Shown one piece after another: positions 27,332-41,427 of a stretch of DNA of 64,000 bases; the stretch's first letter is position 1, and the number at the start of each line of letters is the position of its first letter. The position numbers were made by a program, and so were the translations under genes. The notes beneath the pieces are model-generated. The model saw only the letters and a list, made by a program, of their open reading frames with translations, ran no database searches and was not told the DNA's origin. This DNA is from Zygnema circumcarinatum SAG 698-1b (Eukaryota > Plantae > Zygnematophyceae): positions 1,540,689 to 1,604,688 of the forward strand of contig CM074809.1 in assembly GCA_037447605.1 (NCBI GenBank). The letters are read 5' to 3'.

Positions 27332-28446
27332 GTACCCTAAGTCCCCTAAAAAGCCTACCATGTAAAGAAGCCCAGTAGTAAGTACTCAATGCCGAACAAG
27401 GTCTTGTGTCCCGGCGAGAGTATGATGTTTGAAGCGATTCTTTGTATGTTGGTGAAGCTGATACTTCAGGTAAGTTGTTCTGTACGTCTCTAGTTTGGAT
27501 GGGTTAGAAAGCACTGAAAGATGCGGTTCAAAAAATTGTACCACCTTCTCTTTGAATACACTGAAAGGGGGGCTCTCACGGAGCTAGACTCCTGCAGTTC
27601 TGGCTTTCTGCTTTGCTCGAACATCGACTGGCATATCGCAAGGGCTGTGAACACTAAGAACAACACAAGGTTAACAAACACAAACAAATATGAAAGTCCA
27701 GCGAATGTCAGCGAATGTCAGCGACTTCCTGCTCCTCTCCGATGGGTCCCTGTGAGTTTCGAATGTCACAGAACTCTCATCGGCATCTCATGTCTACCAT
27801 TACACCACAAAAATGCTGTACATCTCCACCGCACACACTCCAATGACGGTTACCAAAGAATAAGCCACTTTTGAGTGCAATGGACAAGGTATTTCCCCAC
27901 GAACAACGCAGCAAGCATGTCCTCCTGTACATGATAGTTAGGAGTACCAAAAGCAAGCCAACACTTCAAAGAGTCAGATTGATAAGATATCTCCCAACAG
28001 AAAGTGCTGCAAGCGTGGTTTATTTCCATGAGCCAATGAACAAAACCAACCAATGTCTTGCATTGAGTCGTATGGGACCAAAACTTGGCCCGTGTATTCC
28101 ACACTTTTGTCATTGCGCATGCCATTCCTACTATACACCGTTGGCCTGCCCCTCCCTACCTGAGTACTGTATCAGCATCATCACCTGTGTCTGTTGGCAG
28201 TGTCTGCCTCAGAGACCCGAACAAACGGCATTAGTCGCCAAGTTTGAGGTTCCCGAGAGAACACCCAAAGACCTTCAACGCTGCCTTCATGTTGCTCTGC
28301 CATGCGAGAGATCTGCAGAGTATGCTCCAATTGTCTGCTAGGAACGATGAACGACAACATTGAAACCTCCACACCCCGTATGTACAGTTCCCAACCCATC
28401 CAACCCACTCAGAAGAAACCGCTTGGTCATGTCCCACACAGATGGC

Positions 28447-30438
28447 CTATGCCACCTTCCTGCGGTACAAAACAACCATGACTGTCAGGAGAACTAGCAC
28501 AAAAATCCCAGCGAAGCTGGGTACCTCATACATGTGAGGTATCTCTGGGTCAACATCACGCTTGGAAGATTTCTTGCCAGAATGCCCTTTCATGGCATCC
28601 ATGAAATTTCCCAGGATGGACTTCAACGAGAATGTAAACTTTTCAAGCATTCTCCAAATGAATGAGCCTGGTCCATCAGTGTCCCCATTCTCCGTGTCGT
28701 CAGTCTCTTTCTCATCACTCCAATCAGCAGCCGTCTCTCCTTCAGCGGTATTCGCCTCTGCAGGCATTCAGCAAAACATGACTTAAGCACACTCAGTTAT
28801 TTAGTCCTACACTTGGTACAGGCATGACGTCATTTAAAACGATGAAGTCACAGAAAAAGTTGTTTTCTCTTGTGGTTAACTATCCTTTCTAACTTTGAGT
28901 CATCAACAACACTTCAAGACCCACTACCGACATATTGTCACACAAGGATCTCACCTTCAATAACAACGTTGCCGCTTTGTTTCATAAAGGCTTGCAGTGT
29001 TGGATTCTGTTCGAAGGCAGTCCACACATTCGAGTCGGATGCCAACGACTCGACTACTTTCTGCAAAACAGTAAATAACTCATCTGACACAGTGCTCTCG
29101 AGATTCTCTCTCATAACGAGGTACAGAAGTCCTACAAAGCGCAACATTCTCCGTCATAAAAAATAGGATCACGACCCATGCTACAAGAATGGAAGATATG
29201 ACAACAGTCACTGAAATCATAGACATACTCTGCATTACATGCATAGTAACCAAGCGCTCCAACAGAAGGAAACCTCCACGTCTCTTAGGAGTTCAAAACA
29301 ATCTATGCCAAGCATGTCTCAAAACTAAAAAAATAGAGACATCCGTTTAAACCGTGAAGCAGCCGTGTGCGTGGAGCCTTCATCAAGAACATCAAATTAT
29401 GCCTTTAAACTGTCCAAGCAGCTTAGCTTAGACATATACTTTAGCTTCCTCAGGGCGTTGCTCAAGAAGGTCGAAAACTTCACGAAGAGGGCCAATTGCT
29501 CGAATAAGCGTGCTGCTGGTTGGGCCTGTGAGTCCCTGAATACTGAGATATTGTGTATCAGACGATCCCATAGCTTGACGAGCAGCTTGAATTGCTCTTT
29601 CTGAAGCCGCCATTGATGCATCTGCCTCTGGCCAAGAATGAAGTGAATCGCCTGATAAACGCGAGTGAGACTGTCCATGAACTTGCTCCCTGAATAACAT
29701 AAAAAATCGAAGTCCGGACACAGGAATATCAGCGGTCTCAAACAAACGTAGAACATTTAAGTCAACTAAAAAATCAACGACACCGTAACATCGTAAATTC
29801 ACTATGAGCAACTTACATCAATGAAGCACAGATTCCACAGCGCCTTACAACTTATGAGCGCGCAACCATGACATTAACATCTGAATGTCATTGTGAACGG
29901 GAAACAAATACCACCATAGCCAAAATGCTGGTCATGTCAAGAAAATGGGTTGAAAAAAAAGCGCTTGCCCTTACCCCCGCAAAGTTTCAAACACGCACTG
30001 GACGGCTTCTGCAGCTTCCTCACTTGTTGCAATCGGTCCAAGAATACCAGACTCGCAGCCCTCTTCCTTCAGCACGAAATCCCATTCTACGGACGATGTC
30101 GGAGAAAAGAGCACGCTCGAGCGGGCGCTCGAACTCTTCGGCGACTTCGTGAAGTTCTGTGAAATGAAGCCCACAAGTCAGGGCAGTGGGACATGCACAG
30201 CCGAGCCAGCTATCCCTTTCTCCAAATCAACAGCCAGTAGAAAATCATTGACGCTGAAAAAATATAACAATATATTCCAATGGCAAGAATATAGAAAAGG
30301 CGCTGCTAAAATCACCTGAGGATCTTCCAATCTGTCGGGCCCGCTGTACGCTTCATTCTGCACGGTCGCTGGAGCTGTAACAGACGCAGCCGCTCCTGCC
30401 GCTGCTGCTGAGGCCAGGCGAGGCACGGCTCGAAACAT
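28447..30438 (-). CDS. Plant uncharacterised protein, UCP012943-like, with C-terminal TM helix
   Basis: WDF...ILGPIATSEEAAEA; VVESLASDSNVWTAFEQNP; C-terminal FVLVLLTVMVVLYRR; family assignment from recall. Confidence 0.7.
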
Positions 30439-30444
30439 GGCGCC

Positions 30445-30533
30445 CTCCGGCCTCCCTCTCCCTCTCCCTCTCCCTCTCCTCCCTCCCTCCCTCCCTCCCT
30501 CCCTCCCTCCCTCCCTCCCTCCCTCCCTCCCTC
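30445..30533. repeat. (CCCT)n tract upstream of UCP012943-like ATG
   Basis: Read directly. Confidence 0.9.
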
Positions 30534-31350
30534 CTGCAGCCGAGCTGGAGCTGCAGCAGAGCAGGATTGCAGCACAAGCCATCCGCCCGCCCCTGCAAAT
30601 ATCTCAAGATCGCGATATTCAGTTTCGCACGCATCCGTATCGAGTGGGGTCACTAGAGTCGCACCGATTACCGCTCGGGGCACACCCCACATCGCGTGGC
30701 AGCCAATGGCAACGCGTATTGGGTTTTACCGATGACGTGGCAAATGCTTTATCTGCCCGTACGCATTCCCCGACTGGCGTCTCGGGCGGCACAATTTGTC
30801 GCGTTGCCCACTCTTGGCACTCTGCCCATTCCAGAGCAGCAAAATAAATGAGCAGTTGGTTGAATTCCGAACTCTTCAGAAGCTGAAGTTGATCTCAATA
30901 ATATGTGATTCAGGAATGGCATGAAATCTAATCAAGGATGAAAAGGCGAGACGGGTATGTTTTGTCGGTGTCTTGCATGCGCTTGCATCAGGCATCTACG
31001 GCTTATGCGTGGGTAGATGGTATCCACCTAATGACATGAATGATGATTTTTCTGCTCAACGAAACGCCAAAATTACAATTACAATTCCTGCTTCACCCGA
31101 CCAAACCTGCTCATTCTTTTACAGTTCAGTACAGCGACAGTACAACTACCCCCCAGCAGATTGAAAACGTTTAATACAGTACATGGAAAAAAAAACGGGC
31201 TCCTTTTCGCCGCCGCCAACCTGGAGGTCACCGCTGTTTTACGATGCGTATGCTCTGTAGCACATGTCCAATCTTTTGTAGCATCTTGTTGCCTCCACAA
31301 TATATGGGCCCTCAAATTCCCCGCCTCAACGTGGATGGTCCCGGTTGCCA

Positions 31351-34300
31351 TCATCTGCTGAGAGTGAGCAGGTCCAGTTGCACATCCACCTCGACAAGAT
31401 CGGGAAGTTTGCCTTGCAGGGAAGCTCTCACCTTCTGTGCCAGTTCCATGGCTTGTCTGCACCCCAGAGCACAGAGCATCATCAAACCCCCATGCGTTTC
31501 CATGCGAGTCGCTTGGACAAAAGAATGGTCATGTACCGCTCTGTGCCAAAGGTGTCCGATGATGCTTTTTTAGAAATCCCCATCACCCTTGGCTCGCTAA
31601 TGCTGTATTGACCTTCAACTAGTAACGAACACAAACGCATACACCCGATGCGCATTCTCTGCAAGACTGTGCTGCATGAACGTCGCTTTTAATTTTTACT
31701 TCTACCGACCCAAGATCAACGCCGTTTCACGCCAAAATCTTGGACAATTTATGCTTGTGATCAAGTTGTTTTGAGCCAATTTGTGCCACCAAATGTTGCT
31801 GCACTTTCCGTACAGGCTGAGCTGAACTTTAGAGTTGCAGCACATTTGCTAGTTCTCCTGCCCCTTGAATAATGCATAGCCGAGAAAATGCACAAGCACA
31901 CCCAGCACAGTAGCTTTCTCCGACTCATGTGTCAACTGCAATTGGTGGTTGGAGGCACGCGTGTACTGACCTGACAGTAAGGGAAGAGTCCATTGCCACG
32001 TTCAGTTCTACAGCCGCCCCTTGTTGCAGAAAATGGCACGTCATGTGCACAATCTCCACGCCCTACCCATCAAAGGACGAATGCTCATTTGAGATGGCCA
32101 TCAGCGGCCAGCAGCAAGACACTTCCTCCTAAACAAACTCCTGAAAGACATGCTTGCTCAAAACCAGCGTTGTCTCAATGCTACGACGATTCGGCTTTCC
32201 CAGTGCAGCCTGTAGGGGCTGACGGATTGGCAATCAGCACTCTATATTTGTAACCGTACGACGATGGCAATGTTGCTTAAACAAATCTGTGAAACTTGGC
32301 TTTTGAAAGCTAACGCACTGAAATTGTGTTCAACTGATGCTGCTTTAGATCGGCCACTGTACAAAACGAAAAGCGCCACCGCATGCATTGAAGGAAAGTA
32401 TGCAGGTTCCCACTCACCTCACCAAAGTCCTCCTTCAACGCCCGCTGCACTCTTTCCTCCATATCACTCTGCTGCATTACTCCAACCTCCCCTCCACAGA
32501 CCTCACTCTCCTCAGTTTCGCTCCACTCCGTTTCAGAAGCTCGATCGGCACCGCTGTCACTCCTACTGCTACCGTGAACATTTAAATGAGTGTCACGTTG
32601 CATCACATGGTGATGCTGATGTTCGGGGGAAAACGTGTTCAGTTTCTCTGCAGGATGGTTATCATGATGGTGCTCAGCCACGCCTTGAGGAGTGTACAGC
32701 GGCCGACCATCTGCAGGATCTGCGGAGGGCCATACAGAGTGGGAACATGTCAGCAATCATGTGCAATCGGTGACATTGATCCCATGGCAGATCGACATTC
32801 TGCATATCACATCCAGCTAAAGCTTCTCATTCCACAGGATTGCAGCTGACGAAAAGAGATTGTTGCGTACTTGTCAGGGTTCTCCAAGTTATTGACATAA
32901 GCATTGAAAAATGGCTGATGTTGAGGAGGTTCACGACAGCCAACAGCAGACACTATATGAAGAACCATTTATCATTGTATTGCTTTACACTGCGCTATTT
33001 CAAAAGTACAATACAAGGAAAATGTAGGTGGAACTTCCACAATGCCTGTCTCTCACTTGTACTGAGACATAACAGAGGGGGGTGGGGGGATTTCTTCAAG
33101 GTATAGCTATGTTCTTGGGAGGCCTGGCAGAAGAAGAGTTTAACATTCCTACCAATATGAACTGTAATTTCCGTAACAAGGGGGTACGCATCTTGCAGTG
33201 CTCGCCGAACGGCCTCTCCAATGTTGTGCGCAGCACTCACGCTTAGTCGGGGATCAACCTGCACAGGTTAGCCATTCAAAAAGAGCATTCACATCAAAGA
33301 ACGCGGGAGATTGGTGAAATCACACCGTTGAATAGACCTCACATGGGTTGGATGCCGATTATCAGAAAATCAGCATAATAAGACAGCCTTTCCACTATCC
33401 TTTTCAGGAAGGCATCATTCATGCAGTCATCACATAATTGAATATTTATGCGTGCAAAGCGTACCGCAATGTGAATGTCCACATGGATTGAAGATCCCAT
33501 TTTTCGGCCCCGCAAATAGAGGCAATCCTGCATTGGCACTCCCGCAGCCACCCGAAGGACAATAGACACAATCACTGCCTTCACACATTAACCTTTCTTC
33601 TGCTGATCTTACCGCCTTCACTTCACTGTCCATAGAGCTCAAAGGGGCGTACGAAAGCAGGCCATCGAATCGAACCCCTATGCGTACTGCCGTTATCAAA
33701 CGACCAGTCAATAATAAGTGCAGTGTATGCAGATCGAAAACAACTGGTGGTTTTGAAACCAATGCAAAGACTGGGAAGAAACAGAACAAATCTAAACAAA
33801 ACACAAGTTTTTGGGCTTACCCGAACACCCGAGATGCCCTGCACAGTGCTGCGAATCGGATCCAAAAGTCTCTCGGGCAGTCCGACATCCACCAGCTCTC
33901 TTAAACTGCAACGTCACAACATGCAGAATGATTTGCACGTTTACAATGACAGAAGAAACAGGAGACAAAAATCCATTGCACATTTCTAGCAAGAGTCTTC
34001 CATCTCAGAATGAAATAGAGGTTCAAATATCGTAGAACCCCGCTAAATTCAATTGAGTTTAGAGGGATTCCTTGATTGTACGTCTGAAAGGTAAGAAATC
34101 AAACCCCGCACTTTGCACCTACGGCAACCTTGTCGGGTCCGTAGCAGCTTATTGTCACAGAGGGTGCCATTTAGGCTGGATATGTTGAAACCCCTCTAAG
34201 GGGAAAAAAACTGTCGGTTGATCCTTTTGCACTCAGAGTGGTTCTACTGGATCAAAGCTTTCCACCATTATTAACATTCAGGCTAATGTGCTGTGACGAT

Positions 34301-37300
34301 TATTTGCCAGACTGACCTTTGAGACGCAATGGACGTGCCTGCACGCAAAATCATGCCTGCTACGAGAATGGCTGCCATAGGATCTAGCAGAGGCAGTCCC
34401 ACTGCAGCTCCACCTGTTCCCCAACCCACCTTCTGTTACTCCCAGCTTGTCCCCTCATCTCATTATAACCCTTTTTTAATCGCTCTCGCTTCCTTTCTTC
34501 CACCTACAGGCGAGGAAAGGGAGGCTCAAGAAACTGACTACATGCACAGAAACCAAGTAGCTACAGCTTACAAAATGAGCAGCAGCCCACATTCCTTTTC
34601 ACTCTGGTTTCAAAAAAAGTTCAGACGACAGTGAAGTAGTGAGGGCTTGCATGATAGGCTCAGTTCACTACAAATCCCACTTCAAGTCTCTAAGACCTCT
34701 TCTAGACCTGGCTGTCTGTACTGAGCATTGTTACCGGCACTCATCCTCGAAAAAAAGTCGTACTGCAGTTCGTAATCAAGTGTTATGAAGGTGTAGGCCT
34801 CACCAATACCAACAAGAGCCACAAGTGACGATATGGCATCGCTTCGATGGTGCCACGCGTTCGCCTTCAACAGTTGGCTTCCATATCTTTCCCCCACCGC
34901 TTTCGTCGCCCAATAAAGTCTGCCCTTCACGCCTCATAAGCCACCAAGAAAACAACCCCAGCAAACCCGAGAAAAACCTTGCAAGTTTTCAAATCCACAC
35001 AGCACGGTTTGAAAAGAATCATGACTAGGACATGGTTTTGTCAACCATGCAATACCGGCTTCAAACCTTACCAGTATTGAGTATAACCCTCCTAAAAAGC
35101 AACTCGGAATATGCAGTCCATGCAAAAACCAGAGTTTGTTCTCCAGCCAAATGGAGACCAATGTTTCAACAACTGAATGCATGTATTCTGCAATACAAAC
35201 CTACCGTGTCATTGCCTTGAACTTGGTTAGAACGTTCTGTGACTCGCAGTTCAAACAGTTATTCCATTAATAGAAGGTATTTTTTCACAACTCACCCTTC
35301 TTTCACTCCGATCGATACTACTGCAGCTGTGAGCGCTATTCCGATGTTCTCCATGTCCAAGCCATGGCTATGACTATGGCTATGGTCATGATGGCCTCCA
35401 TGCCCGAGCTCTATCCCAAAAGAGCCTGCTATTTGTCCTGCCATATGACCAGCTTCAGGAAGCAGCATCTGCCAGCCACGAACGCATTGTAAGGTAATTT
35501 TCATGGTTATCTCCGACCTCTCGAACAATAAGGCATGCATCAATGCTTCCGTAGAATAGGAAGTCGTTTCCACGAATCTGGTTGCATTCAACGTCTCGAT
35601 AATGATGTCCTGGTTGATATCGAGCAGGCACATAATGCACAGGTCTTCTTGTTCCACTTTTATGTACGAAGAGATCACTCGCTGCGCATAGCAACGAAAC
35701 GATTAAGTACATTTGTATACATTATATGACTGGATGCTAAGAAACACACACCTGCAGAACCTCCACCGCATGCCATGCGATGCCACCACCTGTCCCTATG
35801 AGAAGTAAGGCCACTCCAAGGGCTCCCACGGTCTCAATCTTCCCATGACCTGCAAGAACATGGAACCGCGCTGGTTCTTAAATAAAGGCATTTCGAAAGG
35901 CAAAAGGGTCATGCCGCTGAACTCCAATTAATCACAGGAAGTTCTTCTTAAATCCTAAACTTCCTGATCACAAAAAGTTCGTGAAGCCAGTACACAAATG
36001 CAACAATATGCTCGAAGAAAAACTATCTATCTTTAGGGAAACGGAAGAACTTGCCAAAGGGAAAAGTTTTATTGCTTGGAGCTCTTGCTGCCTTCACCGA
36101 CCAGAGACTTACTCCACTCAAGACCTGAACCACAAAAACACCAAACGGCATGAACCATTGAACAAACAACTTGTATTCGATGGGTAATAAAACCATTGTT
36201 CTGGTGAACTCATGTAAGGAAAAATGAATGTGTAGACACCGTTCGCTAATCAACAGTGTCACACCTTTGTTTCAATAAGAAATTCGTATGGCTTGAGTTT
36301 AATACTACCAAACAAAGTAACACGAACCTGTATTTTGATCTAAACCGTTTGGTTGAATTGCACAGTGATAGGCGCTTTAAGCACATGAGTCATCATTAAG
36401 TCTTTCCTTTCATAAAGACACCACGAAAGTCACGCAAATAGAATAACTTTCAATCCAATAGATGCTGATAAATTTCCGCAATGGAAATCGATAAACTTTC
36501 CAACATCCACAATAACCAGCCCATTGACAGTTGCTTAACTATGGCATGACGTTGCACGTACAGACAAAGTGGTTCAACAAAAAAATATAGTGTAAGAAGT
36601 CCAACGTCTCTAAAGCTTTCATGCACTGACTCCTTTAGGTGCGATTCGATCAACAGTGATTTTTTTTGTCATCGGATCTGGCTTTTAGACGCAGGCTACT
36701 GCGTCTGTTCTGCTTCAATCCCCTTTATGAACTTTCTCCAAAAACTCCAAACTCTTTTCTTGAAATCGTCAACGCACTCCGGTTCAAAAATATTTGCCAT
36801 TTGTCCAAAAGTACTTACGGTATTGCGGTAGTTTATGGTTAGTCTCTACATGGAGGTTTGCTTGCTTGAACGAGCTGGTTAAGTTTCCTCTCAAGCATAA
36901 TGCACCCAAGCTGCTGACCAAACTGAAACTGACGGAAGGAACGTACAATGTCTGAGACAGAATGTGCGGCATCCGCAATGATGGCGGTGCTTCCCGACAA
37001 CCATCCGGCTGCTCCCTTGCCAACTGTCAAAAAGATATCTGACGCAAGACCAATGCGCATTATTCTTTCTCCCGCTTCACCCGCTTGTTTCTCGTGCTTC
37101 CATCCAGAATGATCCCCTTTCCGGCCAAGCTCGCTAAAGCTATCGCTATGGTCGCCATGGCTATGACCCATGTGCATTCGGACACCGCCCATAGCCATCC
37201 GCACATTCCAGGAGCTATTTGGAAAGTTTCCATTGTATTGATCCTTACAAATTATGCCATATAAACCGGCGCTTCTGTTAGAGTAATACGTTGTTCCTCG

Positions 37301-37624
37301 TCCTACTTCCATCCCTACAGAGTGGACATATCTTTTATGCATTTTCTTGGCAAAAAAATCATTTTCCTGCTTTTCAGGCATGCGTGTAAGTACAGTACCA
37401 CCTCCATTCCTTGATTCTTCACAGATAACCGCGCCGTGATCCCACTGAGACGCATTCCTTAGCGATCCCCAGCCCTGGTTCGAGCAGTCAGCATTGCAAC
37501 TAGTCTCAGATTGCGGAACTCTGCCAGCATCCATGAGCAAGCGAGCCAGAGAAACGGCGGTGCCCGCCGCAGACTCCAGCGTGTGCAGCGCGGGTCCGCG
37601 AGCGAGCCTCCTCGCGGCGGCCAT
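31351..37624 (-). CDS. MTP6: Cation diffusion facilitator / metal tolerance protein, MTP6 (MTPc1)-like, organelle-targeted
   Basis: AIIADAAHSVSD, FPFGHGKIE, ANAWHHRSDAISS, LLDP, LRGRKMGSSIHVDIHI.VDP, SVSAAHNIGE; about 12 exons, all phase-compatible. Confidence 0.9.
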
Positions 37625-37762
37625 GGCTGCAGGCCTCGCCTAGCCCTCCCTCCCTTCCCTTCTATTCCCTCCCCTCCCTCCCTCTCGTCCCTCCCGCTCC
37701 TGCAAGTATCAAGCAGCGGCTGAAGGATCTTTCTCCCTGTATTCACACGAAACACAGACCGC

Positions 37763-37902
37763 CACGTGACAAATATGCACACGTGGCAAACCGTGACTGG
37801 CTCTCGCTTACAAAGAGGCACTTTAAAAAAGTCGCGCTCATCCCGACTGATGGAAAAACTGTACGGATAAAAACACGTGGACCACTCGAAGACAGCCACG
37901 TG
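37763..37902. promoter_or_regulatory. Four G-boxes (CACGTG) upstream of MTP6-like gene
   Basis: CACGTG at 37763, 37780, 37874, 37897; two more at 39209 and 39252 near the divergent SDR gene. Confidence 0.6.
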
Positions 37903-38294
37903 CAAACTTTGTCTAATATCCAATCGAACGACGCCATCTGGCAGTGCCGGGAGCTAGATTGGCGTATTTTCCCTTGAAGAGCGGGCGGCGACGGACAGGG
38001 ACGGCTGGACGGACGGGGAACCGCGACGCCGGTCGACAGTCCGTACAACCGCCCGTCCGGCCGGCCTCTCTGTGGAACGCGGACAGCCCGTTTTTGTTCA
38101 GCGCGAAAATAAGAAAATTGCGGAGCATGGAAGCATGGTTCAACCTCCCTGGTTCGTATGTTTTTTTGTCGCTGGTTTTTCTGACCTTTTTGATTTTTGC
38201 CAACTTTCTTTTTCCTTTCCACGAGTACGGTGCAGTAATGTACGGATGCATGCAGAAATGGACAAAATGTACGGATTCTCAGGCAAGGAAAGAA

Positions 38295-39180
38295 GGGTAA
38301 CTCTACTGCACCCCCGCGTTTTGTCTTTCGCACCCCCGTTTTGAAAATTTTGCCTGCCCGTTTTGGTTACCCCCAATTTTGAATATTTCGGGAAAAAATC
38401 TTTTTCCCGCCCCTTTCGTCCCCTCCGCTGCCCCCCCTCGAACCATTGCGGTTGCAAAACCCTCACCCGGTTATGAAGGAACGAGGTCGACCTTCTGGCG
38501 CGCGCAGTTTGGCAATCAGCCGGGACAAGAGCTATTTCGAGTACGTTGACGGGAAAAAATGTTCCAATTGCAAGCAAGCAGGCCACAATTTAAGATCTTG
38601 CCTTAATGAGGGGTAACCTGAAAACAGAGAGTAACAGTTGCCCAACATTGGTGACCTTTGCAGTTGTGTTTAAGGTTGCGTTTTTGTACTCAAGCTTAGT
38701 TTAGTTTAGTTTTTTGTTCCTAGTTTTTTTATTTTGTGCTTGTTTCATTTGCGACTAATTTCTTGTGGTTCCCATGTTGACTTTGTCCATGTTTATTTGA
38801 TGGCCTCACCATCTTGAGACCAATGCAAATCTTCTTTTCTTTTGTCGCACATTGTTGGAAGTCAATAGTGAAAAGGAGAAAACGAGGGGATGGAATGTCC
38901 CAAAAATAATGAAGGGAGGGGGAATAAAAACAACCGAACTCGACACCTCCCGGTACCCACCCATAAACTTTACCGTTAAAAGGCAACCGCGGACATAAAC
39001 GAACGATCATACATTTAGTTTTATAGCGTTTTGCAACAGGAGGCAGCGGAGGGGACGAAAGGGGCGGGAAAAAGATTTTTTCCCGAAATATTCAAAACTG
39101 GGGGGTACCCAAAACGGGCAGGCAAAATTTTCAAAACGGGGGTGCGAAAGACAAAACGCGGGGGTGCAGTAGAGTTACCC
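38295..39180 (+). mobile_element. Non-autonomous Mutator-like element (MULE), copy 1
   Basis: ~135-bp TIRs starting GGGTAACTCTACTGCACCCCCGCG; 8-bp TSD GGAAAGAA; residual LQNP..KERGRP...CSNCKQAGHNLRSC-stop (stop at 38614-38616). Confidence 0.88.
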
Positions 39181-39406
39181 GGAAAGAATGGTACAAAGGA
39201 CGTATGTACACGTGGCGGATCCCACGTATGCAATGCAGCCTGAGGGGGTGCCACGTGGCAGCGGAAGCTTCGACGGAAGCAGCCATGGCGGTGGGAGCGC
39301 GTCCGCGTGACGTGCGGCAGCCGTGGGGAGGGAGGGAGGGATCGGGGGGCGCGGCAGAGCGCGCTCTGCAACTTGTGCAGGGAGGGAAGGGAGCGGAGCG
39401 GCAGCC

Positions 39407-41427
39407 ATGGCGAGCGAAGCGCTGGCAGCTCCGGCAGCTTCGCCTTTGACGCCCGACGATGCGCCCGTGGCCGTGGTGGTCGGGGCGGGGCCTGGATTAG
39501 GGTTGGCGGTGGCGAAGCGCTTTGCGCGGGAGAAGTACCTGGTGGCAGTGCTCGCCAGAGATGAAGGTACGCGGCCTGTGCGTGCATCGAATGTGGATTG
39601 CGCTGTTTGTTTTGTCGCCCTTGGTTTCACATCGCAATGAGCTGCAGATTGTTTCTTTGGAGGAAGACTTAGTGTTTTTACCCTAGAAGTCCTGCTCCCT
39701 CCAGTTCTAAGGAAACCGTGGCTGAGAGGCTCAACGATTCCCTGTTTTGCACTCAGCCTTGTGACTGGCAAGTTGATGTATGGCTCAGATCAGGCTTTCC
39801 AGCACTTAAGCTCATTTGTGCTGTTCACCACTCCATGTTGTTTGAGGGGCATCAGAAAAACTTAAAAATACTGCGGAAGAGATAGTTTCCTCCACGAACG
39901 GCCGTGCAGTCGCAATTCAATGCGATTGCAGCGACAGGAAATCAGTGGATCAAGCCTTCCAGGCTGTACGCAGCCTGGGCAGCATCAGTGTACTGGTGAG
40001 GAATACTTTTTTTTTTAAATCCATTCACGTTGAACTTGCATGTCTGTGCTCTGCAACTCTCGGAACCTAACTTTGGGTACTCTTTCTCGTCACCCCATCA
40101 ATACTGCACAAAGGAATTTTGATCCTTTTCCTCTCATTTATTGAGTTGCTAGCCTTCAAATCGTCGCAAGATAGAGGATCAGCTGGAGCTTGGTTGTGAA
40201 CTCTCCCATTCTGTCTCCTGCCCCTTTCTCATGGGCAGGAGTAACGGAACTGTAGTCACACTGATGGCTTCATGAGATGCTATGCAGCGACTACATTGAC
40301 CTTACATCAAACTCTGCGTCTTCCTGTACGTTGACGTTAAGTTGCGTTCGGCATGGTTGCAGGTATACAATGCAAACACCAGTTTTCCGTGGCCGCCCCC
40401 CAAGTTCACAGATATTTCTCTGGAGAAATTTGAAAAGAGCATTTCGGTGCAATGCATAGGCGCATTCCTATGTGCACAGCAGGTATTTTGCTTATGCTGA
40501 ACACTCTGAAACTGCCTACAAGAAGTGTCACTGAGACTGGTTACAATCTGAAGCAAGCTGCAAAAAATACGCCTGAAAGCTACTTTCCGTTCATGCTGGG
40601 CAGGTTCTCCCCGCCATGGAGGAGAAGCAAGCAGGGACCCTCATCTTTACCGGGGCCACCGCAAGTCTCCGGGGGGGAGCGCACTTTTCTGAGCTTGGTA
40701 ACTGGGAACTGCACCTTTTCAACCTCACATGGAACTGTTGACAGCAGCCAAAGGGGACCTTCCTGAGGCTGACGCTGGTCCCCCATTCCAAGATGTTCGT
40801 GTTTGGGATCATAATTTGAGTCTTACAAATGTAGTCTTGCGAAACAGTTCTATCTAAACGTGAATGTGGGATGTTTCCGTTCTAACCAAGGGTTGTTGTT
40901 GGGCTCCTGCCTGCAGCCTGTGGAAAATTTGCTCTAAGAGCGTTATCTCAGTGTCTGGCTCGGGAATACGGACCAAAGGGCATCCATGTTGCGCATGTAG
41001 TTGTAGACGGTGTCATCAACACGCCAAGGCAAGGCAACCTCGACTCAAGTTCAACTACAAAAAATGAATACCAACTATAATATGATAGGAACACTCCCTT
41101 CAATCTGTCGCATGTCTTCTTGCCGAGTGAATGCACGAGTCTGTGATTCGAGTGTGCGATTCCTGTCCCATGTGAGGTCATGTTTTGCAGGGTATACTGA
41201 CTCTAAGAGCTTGTACTTTTCATAACAAGTCGCAAACTAATTTTCCTTGTTGGTTTGTTCCTTGTTTCGAGCCCCTCACCAGTGTGAGGAAGATGATGCC
41301 TAACCGAAGCGAGGCGACCCTCATGGAGCCGGAAGCGATGGCGGAGTCGTATTGGCACCTGCACACGCAGCACCGCTCCTCGTGGACACAAGAGCTGGAC
41401 TTGCGGCCTTTCGGTGAAAAATTTTGA
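39407..41427 (+). CDS. Short-chain dehydrogenase/reductase
   Basis: VVVGAGPGLG; VYNAN; GTLIFTGATASLRG; ACGKFALRALSQ; IHVAHVVVDG; SYWHLHTQ...WTQELDLRP; 6 exons. Confidence 0.9.
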
